DNA from: an uncultured Candidatus Saccharibacteria bacterium
GTDB taxonomy: Bacteria; Patescibacteriota; Minisyncoccia; Phycocordibacterales; DATGWK01
Length of the DNA stretch: 60,059 bases
Direction of reading: 5' to 3'
NCBI GenBank assembly: GCA_964390475.1
Contig: CAYMIB010000001.1
Location: 1 to 60,059 of the forward strand
A program made the position numbers and the translations under genes. Of this stretch, positions 9,014 to 18,064 are shown one piece after another. Numbering within the stretch: the first letter of the stretch is position 1; the number at the start of each line of letters is the position of its first letter. The notes beneath the pieces were generated by a model, which had not been told where the DNA came from, searched no databases, and was given only the letters and a program-made list of their open reading frames with translations.

Positions 9014-9775
9014 ATGAAACAAGAACTGATAAAATTAGGTCTTACAGGAGATGAAGCAACTGTGTATTTGGCTGTGCTCGAATTGGGCCAATCTCCAGCA
9101 GGCCCTATCGTCAAAAAATGTCTGATGCATAGACAACAGGTGTACGACAATCTCAATAAACTCAGAGAGAAACAACTTATTTCTGAAACCATTAAATCAA
9201 ACCGCAAAAACTGGATGGCCTCGCATCCCGAAGAGATTATTCGGCAGATTAAGGAGAAACATTCTCTAGCCGAGAGCATTCTGCCTACATTGCTATCAAC
9301 CTACAAACTTTCTTCACATAAACAAGAGGTAAGGGTATTCGAGGGTATAGAAGGCTTCAAGGCTGTGCACAAAATAAATATTACTCATCAACCAAAGAAT
9401 ACTATTGTTCCTGTTATGGGAGCTAACGGCTGGAATTGGGTTGAAATAATGAAAGATGCTCATTATCTTAAGCAATACGAAAAACTTCGAGTAGAAAAAA
9501 ATATAGCCCATCATCTTGTTTTCTTCGAGAAAGAACGGAAGGGAACCGAGGAACTTATTGAGAAACACTTTGGTTCAAATCCACTAGAGAGAAAGAGGGT
9601 GTATAAATTTCTACCCGATGAATTTCAAAGCCCAGTTGGAATGCAGATCTGGCACGACAACATCACTCTTATTATCTATTCAAACCCAGTCGTTGTAATA
9701 CAAATCATCAACACCCTCGTTGTTAAAAACTTCCAAAAGTATTTTGATTTTCTGTGGAAGGTTGCAAATAAATAA
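9014..9775 (+). CDS. TrmB-family HTH transcriptional regulator
   Basis: The N-terminus LGLTGDEATVYLAVLELGQSPAGPIVKKCLMHRQQVYDNLNKL is a typical TrmB wHTH. Confidence 0.65.
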   Translation: MKQELIKLGLTGDEATVYLAVLELGQSPAGPIVKKCLMHRQQVYDNLNKLREKQLISETIKSNRKNWMASHPEEIIRQIKEKHSLAESILPTLLSTYKLSSHKQEVRVFEGIEGFKAVHKINITHQPKNTIVPVMGANGWNWVEIMKDAHYLKQYEKLRVEKNIAHHLVFFEKERKGTEELIEKHFGSNPLERKRVYKFLPDEFQSPVGMQIWHDNITLIIYSNPVVVIQIINTLVVKNFQKYFDFLWKVANK

Positions 9776-9848
9776 TCTGGATTCGAACCTAAAAATACAG
9801 CTTCAAACAAAAGAAAAATCACCATTTCTAGTAATTTTTCTCACGTGC

Positions 9849-9933
9849 GGAGGAGGTGAGATTCGAACTCACGGTCCCTTGCGAGACTCTCGTTTTCAAG
9901 ACGAGTGCGATAGACCACTCTGCCACTCCTCCG
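9849..9933 (-). tRNA. tRNA-Ser (anticodon TGA)
   Basis: Manual fold: acceptor GGAGGAG/CTCCTCC, anticodon loop CTTGAAA, long variable arm, T-loop GTTCGAATC. CCA not encoded. Confidence 0.9.
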
Positions 9934-9981
9934 TGTATTTGTTAAGTAGTGTGATTTGTCACACTCTTAATTTTTAATTCC

Positions 9982-10236
9982 TCAAGCCTGATCCTCAGTA
10001 CTTTCCTCAACCGTATACTTTTTGGCCACAAAATAAAGATAAATTATTTCGAGAATACCGACGGTATTGGCGACGAGGATGATAATGAACCACCATTTGT
10101 GTGAAAGCCGGGCTGCTTTCCAAAGCGCCCACCCTTTCCAAGCAATGACCCAAGCCAGGAGCAAAATCAAAAGCAGGGGATTCTCAACGAGAAATTTCAA
10201 CTGACTTGATTGGGCTAAGGTTGTTGGGTCGATCAT
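9982..10236 (-). CDS. Small two-TM membrane protein (DUF5652-like)
   Basis: 84 aa. WVIAWKGWALWKAARLSHKWWFIIILV matches a pattern common in CPR genomes. Confidence 0.45.
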   Translation of the reverse strand: MIDPTTLAQSSQLKFLVENPLLLILLLAWVIAWKGWALWKAARLSHKWWFIIILVANTVGILEIIYLYFVAKKYTVEESTEDQA

Positions 10237-10356
10237 ATATGCCTTTCGACGCTTTCGGCGCCCGCTTACTATACCGGAATTTTTTGATAAAGAAAAACCG
10301 CCGAGCAGCCCACGATGGGCGACTAAGCGGTTTGAAAAGTGAATGAATTATGTCAA

Positions 10357-11271
10357 CTATGCCTGCTGTGGTTTGAGCTTGAGCCACATGCCGGCGATTA
10401 GCTTGTGCTCGATGAAGCCGATGGCTCCGCCCGCGACAGCGCCGATGAGGGCGTTCTTGTCGAACCAGATGTAACCAGCTGTCGCGCCTGCAAAAGCAGC
10501 GAAGAGGGTTATCATCCGTTCGTCAGAGTGAATCAGGACGAACACTCTTGCAATGAACTCCTTGAGCAGTTGCCCAAAAGCGATGATGTGGTCTGGCAGA
10601 GTGGGGAGTTCATCAACAAGCCGGTTCAAAACCCAAAGAAAGCCCTCGATTAGCCAAAGAGAAATTCGGACTATGTTGAACTGGACAATCTGTTGTCGCA
10701 CATTGTTGATTTCTCTCGTCAAACACTGGTGCGGCACGTATTGTTCTGGCGACATACCAGCGGGCCGACGATTGTTCCAGTCTTCTTCAACCTGATCTTT
10801 GTCCTGAGCCGTGTTGAGTTTATCGATTCCTCTAACCGAGCTCCAAGCCAGACCTATCACGATGCATAAAACTGTGAGCCAGGTAAACGATCTGGATTGA
10901 TCGAAAGCTGTCCATATCGTTTCATTCTCCATACCGGCTGGCAACGAGCAAAAGCAAAGAAGAAAAAGGAAAGCAGCGGGTGCAATTACTGTCTGCCCCC
11001 ACAGCAGGAAGAGGAATAATCCTTTCCAGTAGAGCTTGTCTGGTTTCCAGCTCGACACGTCATGGTAGGCCCTGCACAGACCCTGCCACAGTCCCTTGAG
11101 GTCGATAGCGCAGTAGCCAACAATGCTACCAATGAGCGCTCCGACGATACCGAGCAGCCAGTCAAAGCTAGGCTCCCACTGGAGCCAGTTGCTCAACTGG
11201 ATACCGACTAGTACCCCGTTCATGGCGCCAAACGCTGACGCGATCACGACCGTCGCAGTTCTGTTCTTCAT
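10357..11271 (-). CDS. Hypothetical multi-pass membrane protein
   Basis: GC-rich ORF. Start moved to M10, which is preceded by an AGGAGA RBS. Confidence 0.5.
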   Translation of the reverse strand: MKNRTATVVIASAFGAMNGVLVGIQLSNWLQWEPSFDWLLGIVGALIGSIVGYCAIDLKGLWQGLCRAYHDVSSWKPDKLYWKGLFLFLLWGQTVIAPAAFLFLLCFCSLPAGMENETIWTAFDQSRSFTWLTVLCIVIGLAWSSVRGIDKLNTAQDKDQVEEDWNNRRPAGMSPEQYVPHQCLTREINNVRQQIVQFNIVRISLWLIEGFLWVLNRLVDELPTLPDHIIAFGQLLKEFIARVFVLIHSDERMITLFAAFAGATAGYIWFDKNALIGAVAGGAIGFIEHKLIAGMWLKLKPQQA

Positions 11272-11348
11272 TACGATTCTCCTGTAATTGTGATTCAAAG
11301 ACCAAAATGCTCATGCCGAGATTCGTCCCAGCACAGACTTCTGGCAAG

Positions 11349-11376
11349 ATAATATCAACTTTCTAGAAAAAGTCAA
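11349..11376 (-). promoter_or_regulatory. Sigma70-type promoter TTGACT-17-TATTAT
   Basis: Reverse complement reads aTTGACTttttctagaaagttgaTATTATcttgcCAGA, upstream of the 10357-11271 gene. Confidence 0.55.
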
Positions 11377-11425
11377 TAGCCCACAAAATAGTGTAGAATG
11401 AGAAAATAAATCCAAGATTAATAAC

Positions 11426-11821
11426 ATGACCAGATTTCTAGGCATCGACTACGGTTCAAAACGGGTGGGCATTGCCCTTTCGGATGAAAGCAACACAATT
11501 GCTACACCAAAGGCCGTTTTGCCAAACGACCGCTACCTTTTCACGGAAGTTAAAAATCTTTGCGAGGGGCATAAGGTGAGTGCGATCGTCATGGGCGATT
11601 CGATTGATTTTAAAGGCAATCCAAACCCGATTATGAAGGACGCTATTTTTTTTAAGGGCGAACTCGAGCGCGACCTGGGTTTGCCGGTTTATCTTGAGCC
11701 AGAATTCATGACCAGTCAGCAAGCGATGCGAGAGCAAGGCGAAAATAAATTGCTCGATGCTTCCGCCGCGGCGATTATTTTACAAAGCCACTTGAACGGT
11801 CTGAAGAATAAGAAGAAATAG
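11426..11821 (+). CDS. ruvX: Holliday junction resolvase-like nuclease RuvX/YqgF
   Basis: FLGIDYGSKRVGIALSD N-terminus, 131 aa. Confidence 0.85.
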   Translation: MTRFLGIDYGSKRVGIALSDESNTIATPKAVLPNDRYLFTEVKNLCEGHKVSAIVMGDSIDFKGNPNPIMKDAIFFKGELERDLGLPVYLEPEFMTSQQAMREQGENKLLDASAAAIILQSHLNGLKNKKK

Positions 11822-11859
11822 CACCGACACAGATTTTATTATATTGATTATTGGGTTTA

Positions 11860-11932
11860 GGTTCCGTGAGTTTCCTTTCTCGGAGGAGCGTTTACGCCGA
11901 CAGCTCCGGAGAGAGAGGAAACTCACGGAACC
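11860..11932. repeat. 73-nt extended inverted repeat (rod-like hairpin)
   Basis: GGTTCCGTGAGTTTCCT (11860-11876) is the perfect complement of AGGAAACTCACGGAACC (11916-11932). The interior has further imperfect pairing and a GCG-UUUA-CGC tip. No T-run follows. Confidence 0.8.
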
Positions 11933-11953
11933 AACAATGTTATAATTAACAAA

Positions 11954-13018
11954 ATGAAATCGAAAAGTTTTTTAGATTTTTTCCCGCCGCCGACATTTCT
12001 GACCATGCCCGCCGCCGGACTTTCTGTTGAAAGCGACATGCTCCGGCTAGTTTCACTTGAACAAAAACATCATGTGATGGCCATAAAAACCGTTGCCGAG
12101 TATAAGCTCGATAGTGGAGCGATTGTTGCTGGTGACATCATAAATCCGAACAACATTGCCTCCGTTCTAAAAACTATCCGTAGTGAGCACGGTGTTCGGT
12201 TTTTACGTTTGGCAATGCCAGAAGAAAAAGCCTACGTGTATGAAGCTGTGGTTCCAATGCCGGAGACGGGGGACATAAGTGATTCGGTGGAGTTTTCTCT
12301 CGATCAAAACATTCCGCTTCCACCAAACGAAACGGTTTTCGACTTTGCTGTGCTCGATGGACCATTTTTAAACAACGGCGTTCAGTCGGTCCGAGTAGTT
12401 GTTTCAGCTTATCCAAGGGAAATTGTTGAAATCTGGACTGATCTCATTAAACAAGCCGACATCACACCGCTTTTACTGACTACGGAGTCCCAAGCGATCG
12501 CCAACTCTCTTGTGGCTCATGGCGACACCAAGACTTTGATACTAGTTCATTTTTTGAAAGACAAAACTATTGTTGCTATCGTTTCAGGCGGCTTCATTCT
12601 TTTTTCCACCACGGTGCCGAACGACCCGGCAAACTCAGAAAAGATTTTAGCTTCTCATGATGGTGAAAAAATCGCCGAGTCGATCGAGCTTTTGGCGGTT
12701 CGCGACGAAGTCAAAAAAGTTTATTCATATTGGATGTCTAAAGAACGCGCCAAACCTCAAGCCGAGTCGAGAAGTATAAAATCAATAATCGTCACCGGTC
12801 ATGTTGGCGACATGATGGACGTTTCGGAATATTTAGGTAAACACCTTGGTGTGTCAGCCTATCTTGGAAACGTTTGGCAAAATGTTTTTTCACTCGACGA
12901 TTTCATTCCTGAAATTGAGTTTGAAAATTCGCTCTACCTATCGGCGGCAATCGGCGTCGCTTTGCCTCGCCGTAGTTCTTATTTCTCTAGTTCAAAAGTT
13001 TCAAGGGACTCAAAATAA
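11954..13018 (+). CDS. pilM: Type IV pilus assembly ATPase-fold protein PilM
   Basis: 354 aa with an actin-like PilM pattern, followed by PilN/PilO-like single-TM proteins. Confidence 0.65.
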   Translation: MKSKSFLDFFPPPTFLTMPAAGLSVESDMLRLVSLEQKHHVMAIKTVAEYKLDSGAIVAGDIINPNNIASVLKTIRSEHGVRFLRLAMPEEKAYVYEAVVPMPETGDISDSVEFSLDQNIPLPPNETVFDFAVLDGPFLNNGVQSVRVVVSAYPREIVEIWTDLIKQADITPLLLTTESQAIANSLVAHGDTKTLILVHFLKDKTIVAIVSGGFILFSTTVPNDPANSEKILASHDGEKIAESIELLAVRDEVKKVYSYWMSKERAKPQAESRSIKSIIVTGHVGDMMDVSEYLGKHLGVSAYLGNVWQNVFSLDDFIPEIEFENSLYLSAAIGVALPRRSSYFSSSKVSRDSK

Positions 13019-13029
13019 AAAATGCCAAA

Positions 13030-13566
13030 ATGTTGAACCTACTTTCTCAAGAACAAAAAGCCATTCTAAAAAAAGATTATTCGCTTCGCCGAACGATCGT
13101 TTGGCTTGAGGCAATTATTGTGGCAATGCTCATTTCGCTCGTGCTTTTAACGCCGTCATATTTTTTGACCAAAATCAGAGCCGAGCAAGCCAAGGTTGAC
13201 CTAGAAAACAATAAAAGAATTCTTGACGCCAAATTGCCACCAGCCGAAATGGTTGCGGAGATCCAAGCGGCGGTCAGAGTTACCCAAGATCTTCGGCCGC
13301 TGGTCGAGCGACGCTCGGTTTATGATTTGGTGAAGATTTTCGAAAGCCATCCACCACAAATAAAAATTTTGAAAATTTCTTTTTTGGAACAAACCGATGG
13401 CATATCCAGGTTCATTGTTGACGGCCGGGCCAATGACCGGGAAAGTCTCACCGCTTTTGGTCGAGCCCTTGAGGGACGGGTAGAGTTTGCAACGGTTGAT
13501 TTGCCGGTTTCCAATTTTGTCAAAGAAAGCAACATTAATTTTTCGATGACTATTACACTGAAATGA
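13030..13566 (+). CDS. pilN: PilN-like pilus assembly protein
   Basis: The N-terminus LNLLSQEQKAILKK followed by a single TM helix is typical of PilN. Confidence 0.55.
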   Translation: MLNLLSQEQKAILKKDYSLRRTIVWLEAIIVAMLISLVLLTPSYFLTKIRAEQAKVDLENNKRILDAKLPPAEMVAEIQAAVRVTQDLRPLVERRSVYDLVKIFESHPPQIKILKISFLEQTDGISRFIVDGRANDRESLTAFGRALEGRVEFATVDLPVSNFVKESNINFSMTITLK

Positions 13567-14129
13567 AAATTCGCCTAAATTCAACGAAACAAACTCTGAT
13601 CCTTTTATCTCTTTTAATCGTTGTTCTTTTTGGGCTTCATTTTTTGGCTTTTCGTTTTATTTGGAGCGCCGGACTCGAAGTTTCAGCTCTCGAAGCCAAC
13701 GTCAACGTTCTCAATGCTCAGGTTTTAGAATTTTCAAAATACAAACCCGAAGGAATACGAGATTTAGCCCGGGCCGTCACTAGTCGAATTATTTCTAGGA
13801 CAAATATTGCTGATTTCATCCAAGTTATTGAAAACAAAGCTAAGGCTCAGAATTTGGCGATAGAAATCCGCTCGGCGAAAGTTGAGCCGCGAGATGTAGA
13901 TAACCCCGAGGACTACTTAGAAATTGCTCGACTAAGAATTGAAACTCGTGGTTCTTGGGCTAACACCATGAGGTTCGTTAAATATCTCGAACATTTGCCA
14001 TACAAGGTTTCACTTCACGCTCTCAACCTTTCGACAATCGTTGGAGATGGAACGGAGAAAGTTCCGGAATGGCGAGGCGAGGTCGAAATTACTGCTTTGA
14101 AATTTAAGCAGTTAAATTCATCTAATTAA
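13563..14129 (+). CDS. pilO: PilO-like pilus assembly protein
   Basis: Single TM plus coiled-coil. ATGA overlap with pilN indicates translational coupling. Call rests on position in the cluster. Confidence 0.45.
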   Translation: MKIRLNSTKQTLILLSLLIVVLFGLHFLAFRFIWSAGLEVSALEANVNVLNAQVLEFSKYKPEGIRDLARAVTSRIISRTNIADFIQVIENKAKAQNLAIEIRSAKVEPRDVDNPEDYLEIARLRIETRGSWANTMRFVKYLEHLPYKVSLHALNLSTIVGDGTEKVPEWRGEVEITALKFKQLNSSN

Positions 14130-14142
14130 AATAATTTTTAAA

Positions 14143-14466
14143 ATGAACCTTTTTAGTAAACACAAAAAAATCTCCAAAGCACCAGAAGTCCAAAAGAGGG
14201 AAGCCGGTGGCCAAGTTCTCAAAGACTGGATGTTGATTATCGGAGCATTTGTCGCTCTGGTTCTGATCATTGCCACGATCGATGGCTATCTTTTAGTGAA
14301 AATCAACCGCGGGGATTTTTTCAAAGTTGAAGAGAATTCTGAATTGAGTCAGGAGACGGTAAACCGAAAGAAGCTCGTCGATGTTGAAGAATTTTTCGCT
14401 GCCAGACAAAAGGCCTATGCTGAATTTTCTCAAACCGCCGCTCCAGAAATTGACCCTTCGATTTAA
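14143..14466 (+). CDS. Small single-TM protein of the pil cluster
   Basis: 107-aa ORF with one hydrophobic helix. Confidence 0.4.
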   Translation: MNLFSKHKKISKAPEVQKREAGGQVLKDWMLIIGAFVALVLIIATIDGYLLVKINRGDFFKVEENSELSQETVNRKKLVDVEEFFAARQKAYAEFSQTAAPEIDPSI

Positions 14467-14571
14467 TCCCGCACTGATTCGTCGCTTTAAACCGCTACCA
14501 CTGTCTGGTATATTGGCCACGTAGCCGACCGTAGCGGTCACGGCTGTAGTCGTGCTGAAGCCGTACGTAAC

Positions 14572-14646
14572 GCCCTTGTAGCTCAATGGATAGAGCAGTG
14601 CTCTTCTAAGGCATTGATGTAGGTTCGATTCCTACCGAGGGCACCA
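14572..14646 (+). tRNA. tRNA-Arg (anticodon TCT), CCA encoded
   Basis: Manual fold: acceptor GCCCTTG/CGAGGGC, D-arm GCTC/GAGC, anticodon loop CTTCTAA, T-arm GTAGG-TTCGATT-CCTAC. Confidence 0.9.
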
Positions 14647-14648
14647 TA

Positions 14649-14678
14649 TTGACACCAAGACTATACACATGCTCTAAT
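14649..14678 (+). promoter_or_regulatory. Sigma70-type promoter TTGACA-18-TCTAAT
   Basis: Immediately 3' of tRNA-Arg and upstream of the 14753 gene. Confidence 0.45.
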
Positions 14679-14752
14679 TGGAAAAGAATTTTGTCCAAAC
14701 CGAGCAGTTGAACGCAAAGCACATTAAACAACGACAAAGGAAAGGAGGGTTC

Positions 14753-15295
14753 ATGTCACCAGTTTCAAAAGTGTTGAGGACCAGGCATGGCTCTCCGGTC
14801 TGTGTCAGTCCGGCAGAGAAGATAGACGGCGGTGGGGTGGTTGATCATGGTCCTGGCCGGATCATTCTTCCTGTAACCATTGACCGCGTTAGTCGGTCGG
14901 ACCAAACCCAGTGGCTCAAGAAGGTCTTGGGTCGCTCATGGTTTTTTCGAAACATCGACGACGATGCGGCGAAAACGATTCCGCTTGAAGTCAGTCGGAA
15001 ACCGACACTGGTCTGTTTTCCGATCAGTGGTGGTTTGAGTCCTGATGAAATCGTGCGCGAGTACGAAAGTCAGGGACTGAGGCCCGCTGGTGTTCAGGCT
15101 CTAGCCAAGGCCAATCTCGGCATGGGGCTCATTCACATGACGACCTCAAACGCCACCTTCTGGATCAACCCGGACGGAAAGATGTGTTACGCCTTGTTCT
15201 CGACTATTGCCTGTGGCGAGGTGTCGGTTCACATTGGTTTCGTGAACGATGCGGCCCCGTGTCGCAAGTTGAAATGGTGCGTCGGCGTTCGTTGA
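14753..15295 (+). CDS. Hypothetical protein (GC-rich orphan)
   Basis: Start moved to the ATG preceded by AAAGGAGGG. 180 aa. Confidence 0.55.
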   Translation: MSPVSKVLRTRHGSPVCVSPAEKIDGGGVVDHGPGRIILPVTIDRVSRSDQTQWLKKVLGRSWFFRNIDDDAAKTIPLEVSRKPTLVCFPISGGLSPDEIVREYESQGLRPAGVQALAKANLGMGLIHMTTSNATFWINPDGKMCYALFSTIACGEVSVHIGFVNDAAPCRKLKWCVGVR

Positions 15296-15351
15296 TTGAT
15301 GCTCGTCGTTTAGATCAGTAAATCAAACGACGTCCAAGTTCGTTTCAAAAG

Positions 15352-15372
15352 CCCCGGTCGTCGGGGTTTTTT
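15352..15372 (+). terminator. Intrinsic terminator
   Basis: CCCCGgtcgtCGGGG followed by TTTTTT. Confidence 0.75.
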
Positions 15373-15400
15373 CTTTTTCGGGAAAAGAAAAAAGGAAAAT

Positions 15401-15476
15401 TGGTGCGCGATGAGGGACTTGAACCCCCGACCCACTGAGTGTAAATCAGTTGCTCTACCAGCTGAGCTAATCGCGC
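15401..15476 (-). tRNA. tRNA-Val (anticodon TAC), CCA encoded
   Basis: Manual fold: acceptor GCGCGAT/ATCGCGC, anticodon stem ACTGA/TCAGT, loop TTTACAC. Confidence 0.9.
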
Positions 15477-15561
15477 AATCGTCTAATAATAATCATTTCT
15501 TCCATTTTTTCAATAGATAAAAGTGAATTCCTGTGGTAAGCTTATATACAATACATCTCTG

Positions 15562-16233
15562 ATGAAAAGAATTGAGAAGGAGAAAGCGATCAAGCTAAGA
15601 CAAAAAGGGGAATCAATTAAAACGATTGCCAAAATTTTGGCTGTTTCAAAAGCTAGTGTAAGTATGTGGGTTCGTGATGTTCAGCTTACGGCTAAGCAAC
15701 AGCAGAAATTAAAGATGAACGAGCACAGTAAGGTTGTTATTGAAAAAAGAAGGACTTCTCGTTTGAGGAATGAATTAGAGAAACGCAATTTAATAAGCAA
15801 TAGGGCAAAGGTTGATATCAAGTCTATTTCTAAAGAGGATCTAAGAGTTGTCGGGTCCATGCTTTATTGGGCTGAGGGAAGGAAAAGAGGTAGAAGAATC
15901 ATCACATTTTCTAATAGTGATCCCGAGATTATTAAAATAATGATGAAGTTTTTTAGAGAAATATGCCACGTCGACAATAAAAAATTTCGAGGCCATATTC
16001 ATACCTATTCGCATTTAAGTGTCAAAAATTCTGAGAGATATTGGTCGAACATATCCAATATCCCACTTAGTCAATTTTACAAGACATACACTAAGCCAAG
16101 TAAATCTAGTAAAAATAAGATGGATAGTTTGCCGAACGGTACGTTTGATATTTATGTGTGCGACAGTGTATTGTTCCTGACAGTGAAGGGCTGGATCGAA
16201 AAAATTTCTAGTTTGATCCTTAATGATGAATAA
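15562..16233 (+). CDS. HTH-containing protein with possible LAGLIDADG-type endonuclease-like C-terminal domain
   Basis: The N-terminus KAIKLRQKGESIKTIAKILAVSKASVSMWV is a resolvase-type HTH. LYWAEGRKRG...ITFSNSDPEIIKIMMKFF...YWSNISNIPLSQF resembles LAGLIDADG_3-type proteins. Start uncertain (GTG 15523 or ATG 15562). Confidence 0.4.
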   Translation: MKRIEKEKAIKLRQKGESIKTIAKILAVSKASVSMWVRDVQLTAKQQQKLKMNEHSKVVIEKRRTSRLRNELEKRNLISNRAKVDIKSISKEDLRVVGSMLYWAEGRKRGRRIITFSNSDPEIIKIMMKFFREICHVDNKKFRGHIHTYSHLSVKNSERYWSNISNIPLSQFYKTYTKPSKSSKNKMDSLPNGTFDIYVCDSVLFLTVKGWIEKISSLILNDE

Positions 16234-16236
16234 AAA

Positions 16237-17037
16237 ATGAACCCAGAAATCTTGTACGAAGACGAGCAATATATTATTTTCAACAAACCCGCTGGGCTTG
16301 TTGTGCATGCCGACGGGCGATCGAAAGAGGCGACGTTTGCCGACTGGCTTTTGGAAAATCGACCAGAAATGAAAGATGTGGGGGAGCCGCTTGTGATTTT
16401 GCCTGGCACAGAAAAAGAGCAGAAAATTTTGCGTCCGGGAATCGTGCACCGTCTGGACAAAGAAACTTCTGGTGCGATCGTCGTCGCCAAAACCACGGCG
16501 GCTTTCGAAGACCTTAAGGAAAAATTCCAGAACCGCGAAGTGGGGAAGAAGTATCACACATTTGTTTACGGAAATCTTTCAGAAGAAGACGGCACGATCA
16601 ATCGCCCAATCGGCCGAAGTAAAAGTGATTTCCGGAAATGGTCGGCCCAGCGTGGCGCTCGCGGTGAGATGCGTGAGGCGGTCACAAACTATCGTGTGCT
16701 GGCGCATGGCGAAATCACTGGCGTGAAATTTGATTTTGTCGAAGTAGAACCCAAAACCGGCCGGACTCATCAGATCCGTGTTCATTTTAAAGCGATCCAT
16801 CATCCAGTTATTGCTGACTCTTTATATGCAGAAAACCAAACGCCGGTGCCGGCAGATGTTGAATCAGGTTCAGGTCTCGGTCCGAACCTTGGTTTCAAAC
16901 GTCTTGCTCTTCACGCTCATGAAATTTCCTTTATGCCAAAAAGCCGCGCCAAAAATCCAAAAAAAATCACCATTCAGGCGCCATATCCGGAAGATTTTGC
17001 GATGGCGGTGAAGTTAATGGATAAAAAGACAGCTTAG
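16237..17037 (+). CDS. RluA-family pseudouridine synthase
   Basis: HRLDKETSGAIVVAKT catalytic motif and RTHQIRVH. Confidence 0.85.
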   Translation: MNPEILYEDEQYIIFNKPAGLVVHADGRSKEATFADWLLENRPEMKDVGEPLVILPGTEKEQKILRPGIVHRLDKETSGAIVVAKTTAAFEDLKEKFQNREVGKKYHTFVYGNLSEEDGTINRPIGRSKSDFRKWSAQRGARGEMREAVTNYRVLAHGEITGVKFDFVEVEPKTGRTHQIRVHFKAIHHPVIADSLYAENQTPVPADVESGSGLGPNLGFKRLALHAHEISFMPKSRAKNPKKITIQAPYPEDFAMAVKLMDKKTA

Positions 17038-17076
17038 TTGCCCTAGAACCACTCCTGTGTTACATTATCTTCCTAT

Positions 17077-17529
17077 ATGAAAGGAGCCCAAACAGCAGCC
17101 CCAAAAGAGTTCAAACTCTCAACAGTGAACACCGACGAGCGGAAAAAGCTCGATCTTCGTGCTGGTGATACGGTAAAGGTTTGGCAGAAAATTAAGGAAA
17201 AAGACAAGACTCGTCTTCAGGCTTTTGATGGTCTTGTTTTGGCTGTAAAGCATGGCGTGGAAGCTGGTGCCACTTTCACTGTTCGCAAGGTTGCGAGCGG
17301 TGTCGGTGTCGAGAAAATTTTTCCTCTCTACTCTCCAATGATCGACAAGATCGAAACCGTAAAGCGTGCAAAGGTTCGCCGCGCAAAGCTCTACCACATC
17401 CGCGACAAAGCCGCGAAAGAAGTCCGCCGTCAGATGCGAAATGTTCGGGCGGAGAAAGCTCCGGTTGCCGAAGCAGGTGAAGTGAGTGCTCCTGCTGTCG
17501 AAACTCCGAAAGCAGAAGTTGTCGCGTAA
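17077..17529 (+). CDS. rplS: Ribosomal protein L19 with terminal extensions
   Basis: GDTVKVWQKIKEKDKTRLQAFDGLVLAVKH...FTVRK...GVEKIFPLYSP. Confidence 0.9.
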   Translation: MKGAQTAAPKEFKLSTVNTDERKKLDLRAGDTVKVWQKIKEKDKTRLQAFDGLVLAVKHGVEAGATFTVRKVASGVGVEKIFPLYSPMIDKIETVKRAKVRRAKLYHIRDKAAKEVRRQMRNVRAEKAPVAEAGEVSAPAVETPKAEVVA

Positions 17530-17624
17530 TTCCTATAAAAAATTTCAAAAACAAAATTCCGCCAGTCGGCGGTTTTTTGTTCCGCTTGAATTCCCGCGTT
17601 TTTTTACATAGTATGTCCCTACAA

Positions 17625-17707
17625 GCGCGGGTGGCGAAATTGGTAGACGCACTACCTTGAGGTGGTAGCGCCCTTCGGGCTTGGAGGTTCAAATCCTCTC
17701 CCGCGCA
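17625..17707 (+). tRNA. tRNA-Leu (anticodon GAG)
   Basis: Manual fold: acceptor GCGCGGG/CCCGCGC, anticodon stem CTACC/GGTAG, loop TTGAGGT, long variable arm. Confidence 0.9.
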
Positions 17708-17730
17708 CAAGGCTTTTTATTTTAAGGCCG

Positions 17731-17811
17731 TTTATAGTGGCTAGTTAGTAAGGCGGAGTCGTGCGAACAATTTATGGGGCTGGCTAGTAAGGTGCCCCTT
17801 GAACAATTTAT
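17731..17811 (+). repeat. Two degenerate tandem units imitating the upstream region plus 5' end of tRNA-His
   Basis: TTTATaGTGGCTAGTtAGTAAGG...GAACAA | TTTATggGGCTGGCTAGTAAGG...GAACAA | TTTATgGTGGCTATAGTTTAGTGG (the real tRNA). Confidence 0.7.
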
Positions 17812-17883
17812 GGTGGCTATAGTTTAGTGGTAAAACCCAAGTTTGTGGAACTTGAGTCGAGGGTTCGATTCCCTCTAGTCACC
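17812..17883 (+). tRNA. tRNA-His (anticodon GTG) with encoded G-1
   Basis: Manual fold: G-1, acceptor GTGGCTA/TAGTCAC, anticodon stem CAAGT/ACTTG, loop TTGTGGA, discriminator C. Confidence 0.9.
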
Positions 17884-17954
17884 CAGCGTTTAAAATCTAT
17901 AAAATACCCTTGTTTTAAGGGTTGTTTTTGGTTCCACAAAACAGCTGTTTTCTG

Positions 17955-17983
17955 TTTGACATATTCACATTTACGTGATATTC
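17955..17983 (+). promoter_or_regulatory. Sigma70-type promoter TTGACA-17-TATTCT
   Basis: Canonical spacing, upstream of the two-gene orphan operon. Confidence 0.6.
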
Positions 17984-18064
17984 TTTTTAACAGAGGTAAG
18001 AATGTCTTATCTGCTCATTCACAAGGGTCCTAGAGAACCCGTTACTCCCGAAAGGAGAAATCTC

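Noticed and set aside
14500-14520. 12-nt identity (CTACCACTGTC) with the hammerhead cleavage-site strand, upstream of tRNA-Arg
   Set aside because: No hammerhead core follows it. A match of this length is expected by chance many times in 60 kb.
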